Assembly (NCBI GenBank): GCA_963716175.1
Contig: OY970296.1
Location: 1,984,001 to 2,048,000, forward strand
Length of the DNA: 64,000 nucleotides
Reading direction: 5' to 3'
Origin: an uncultured Armatimonadetes bacterium
GTDB taxonomy: Bacteria; Armatimonadota; Hebobacteria; Hebobacterales; Hebobacteraceae
This document shows positions 62,461 through 64,000 of the stretch, one piece after another (positions within the stretch are counted from its first letter, which is position 1; each line of letters opens with the position of its first letter). The position numbers and the translations under genes were made by a program. A model generated the notes under the pieces. It was not told the DNA's origin, did not search any database, and was given only the letters and a program-made list of their open reading frames with translations.

Positions 62461-63282
62461 TCACCTCATCGGGGATGCTAAGCGATGCTGACTCTCTAAA
62501 GCTGGTCCCGTCCCTGGTCTGAGGGTCAGGTACCGCTGCCGTCCTCGCAACCGCTCTGTCATCCTTCGCTTCGTGTACGTGACTGCTTGCCCCATTGTAG
62601 CCTTGCCTTGGTGCCGCCGTGACCTTGCTGTCGCCAGTCCGCCCACGGATAGCGGGCGTTCATGAGCTTGTACTTCAGGAACTTGAGCCGCATCTCGACA
62701 ATCGCCCGGTTGGCTCCAAAGAGTATCCATCATTCGGTCCTCGTAGAGATCGAGGTTGATCATCTCGGGCGGCTGCTTGCGGTCGAGCAACCAGACGACC
62801 TTCCCAAAGGGCATCATCAGCTCACCCGCTGCGCAGTCGGCCTGCCACTCCAGGCGCGGCTTTCGCGGCGTGGCCTCCCCGATCTCCCTGCTGAAGAAGG
62901 ACCGCTGCAGCCTCTCCCCTGTGACCCCCTTCAGGAAGTGAAGCAGGTAGTGGCCCTCTACCTCATGCAGGATCGTGAACGTCTCGTTCCGCGTCGTGGG
63001 ATCGAAGTTGGGGCTGGGAGTCATGTTCACGACCGCGATCCTATCTCTTGACCAAGGCGACGGCCTGCCGTCAGGAAACAGACAACCTACAATCCCCTCT
63101 CCGTACTCGCGGTTCACCACTCCGCTGTCGTCGTAGTACACAGGAATGCCGAAGAGCCGATCCGCCAGGTCCGCGCCATCGAGTGGGAACACGTCCTCTT
63201 TCCCCCGCGCTCGCCGATAGAGCCGGAGCGTCTCTTCTGCGTAGAGCCGGATCTGCTCGATGGGCAGGAACGGGACGTTCAT
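62461..63282 (-). CDS. ImmA/IrrE-family metallopeptidase (probable frameshift near 62720)
   Basis: FTILHEVEGHYLLH and EWQADCAAGELMMP motifs. Confidence 0.8.
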   Translation of the reverse strand: MNVPFLPIEQIRLYAEETLRLYRRARGKEDVFPLDGADLADRLFGIPVYYDDSGVVNREYGEGIVGCLFPDGRPSPWSRDRIAVVNMTPSPNFDPTTRNETFTILHEVEGHYLLHFLKGVTGERLQRSFFSREIGEATPRKPRLEWQADCAAGELMMPFGKVVWLLDRKQPPEMINLDLYEDRMMDTLWSQPGDCRDAAQVPEVQAHERPLSVGGLATARSRRHQGKATMGQAVTYTKRRMTERLRGRQRYLTLRPGTGPALESQHRLASPMR

Positions 63283-63587
63283 TCCTTCCTCTCTCCACGG
63301 ATGACCTTGCGAAAGTACGAGGACGCCTGATTCGGGTACTTCTCCTTGATCTCGCGGATCAGCCCTGCAACGTTGCGAGCAAGGAACACCACCCGCTCCT
63401 CGTCGGCCCCGAAGACCGCCGCAATACGACGGGCGAGGTCCTCGCTTGGAGTTGCCAGTCCGTTCTCCAACTGGCTCAGATAGGAGTGCTTCACCCCGAG
63501 CTTGTCGGCCAGTTCACGCAACGTCAGGTTGGCCTCCTTGCGCTGCTGCTGTAGCCACTGGGCGAAGTCTTCCTCTGGCACCGCCAT
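63279..63587 (-). CDS. XRE-family helix-turn-helix regulator
   Basis: LTLRELADKLGVKHSYLSQLENG; GGAGG RBS; ATGA overlap with the immA-like gene. Confidence 0.9.
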   Translation of the reverse strand: MAVPEEDFAQWLQQQRKEANLTLRELADKLGVKHSYLSQLENGLATPSEDLARRIAAVFGADEERVVFLARNVAGLIREIKEKYPNQASSYFRKVIRGERKE

Positions 63588-63893
63588 CCTCCTTCGGTAG
63601 TGTGTTTACCTACCTACCAACAATGCACCGCATCTCGTCCGTGCTGTCAACCATCTCTGGGCGTGGGTTTCGCAGTCGCACGCGGTCATTCTGCTCGTAT
63701 CAGCGGACTCGGCGATGATCTCGGTGCTCTAGGACTGCGCCCCCGGTTCCCAGCCTCCGGGCGGTATCTGTTGAGAGGCCGAGCAGCCAAACGGGATGGA
63801 GCCCAGCGCCGCGCTGTCCGATCTCACCCTTACTCGCAGTGGTGTTCTGCATGGGGCCCCCGGCCAGCGCCCGAGGCGATGAGTCGTAGGTTC

Positions 63894-63917
63894 GTAGCGG
63901 GGGCGGGATTCGTACCC
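63894..63917 (-). other. Degenerate tRNA-Met-like 3' fragment (possible att site)
   Basis: Reverse complement GGGTACGAATCCCGCCCCCGCTAC resembles the initiator tRNA 3' end GGTTCGAATCCCGCCCCCGCTACCA. Confidence 0.5.
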
Positions 63918-64000
63918 GATTCGTACTCTGAGATGCTGCCGGCATTGACGGTGCGCTGGGCATACGGCCCGGGAAAGCAGGGAGCCGGGGAGATGCGGCG

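Larger units (their letters stand above)
57161..63917 (-). mobile_element. Decaying integrative element (XRE, ImmA/IrrE, primase, DUF2924, large serine recombinase); boundaries approximate
   Basis: Gene set and order; hairpin at 57161-57189; tRNA-like fragment at 63894-63917. Confidence 0.7.

Overview
High-GC bacterial accessory region. The SLH-anchored and secreted proteins and a DUF6785-like membrane protein suggest Armatimonadota (inference). 1-5.5 kb: tandem TolB/PD40-type beta-propeller genes with lesions. 5.5-49.1 kb: a block bracketed by a perfect 88-bp direct repeat that has tRNA-like T-arm motifs and ends in CCACCA. Inside it, 14 co-oriented copies of an imperfect-palindromic intergenic repeat (core CCCCGACTCCGGCTACCCCCTCGGCTGGGAGTCA) separate single genes or small gene blocks of unrelated, mostly secreted cargo (glycoside hydrolases, beta-helix proteins, GNAT, nitrilase, M1 peptidase). 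The last copy is fused to the catalytic C-terminal half of a XerC/D-like tyrosine recombinase. The layout resembles an integron-like cassette array, but the sites are not canonical attC and there is no IntI; this is the main candidate for an undescribed system. Also present: a nested IS21/IS256/IS21 cluster, an IS110 remnant, an intact IS21 with a 6-bp target duplication, a dhaKL-containing catabolic cluster, and a decaying integrative element (large serine recombinase, primase, ImmA/IrrE, XRE) next to a tRNA-Met-like fragment. All assignments come from motif recognition by eye; no searches were run.
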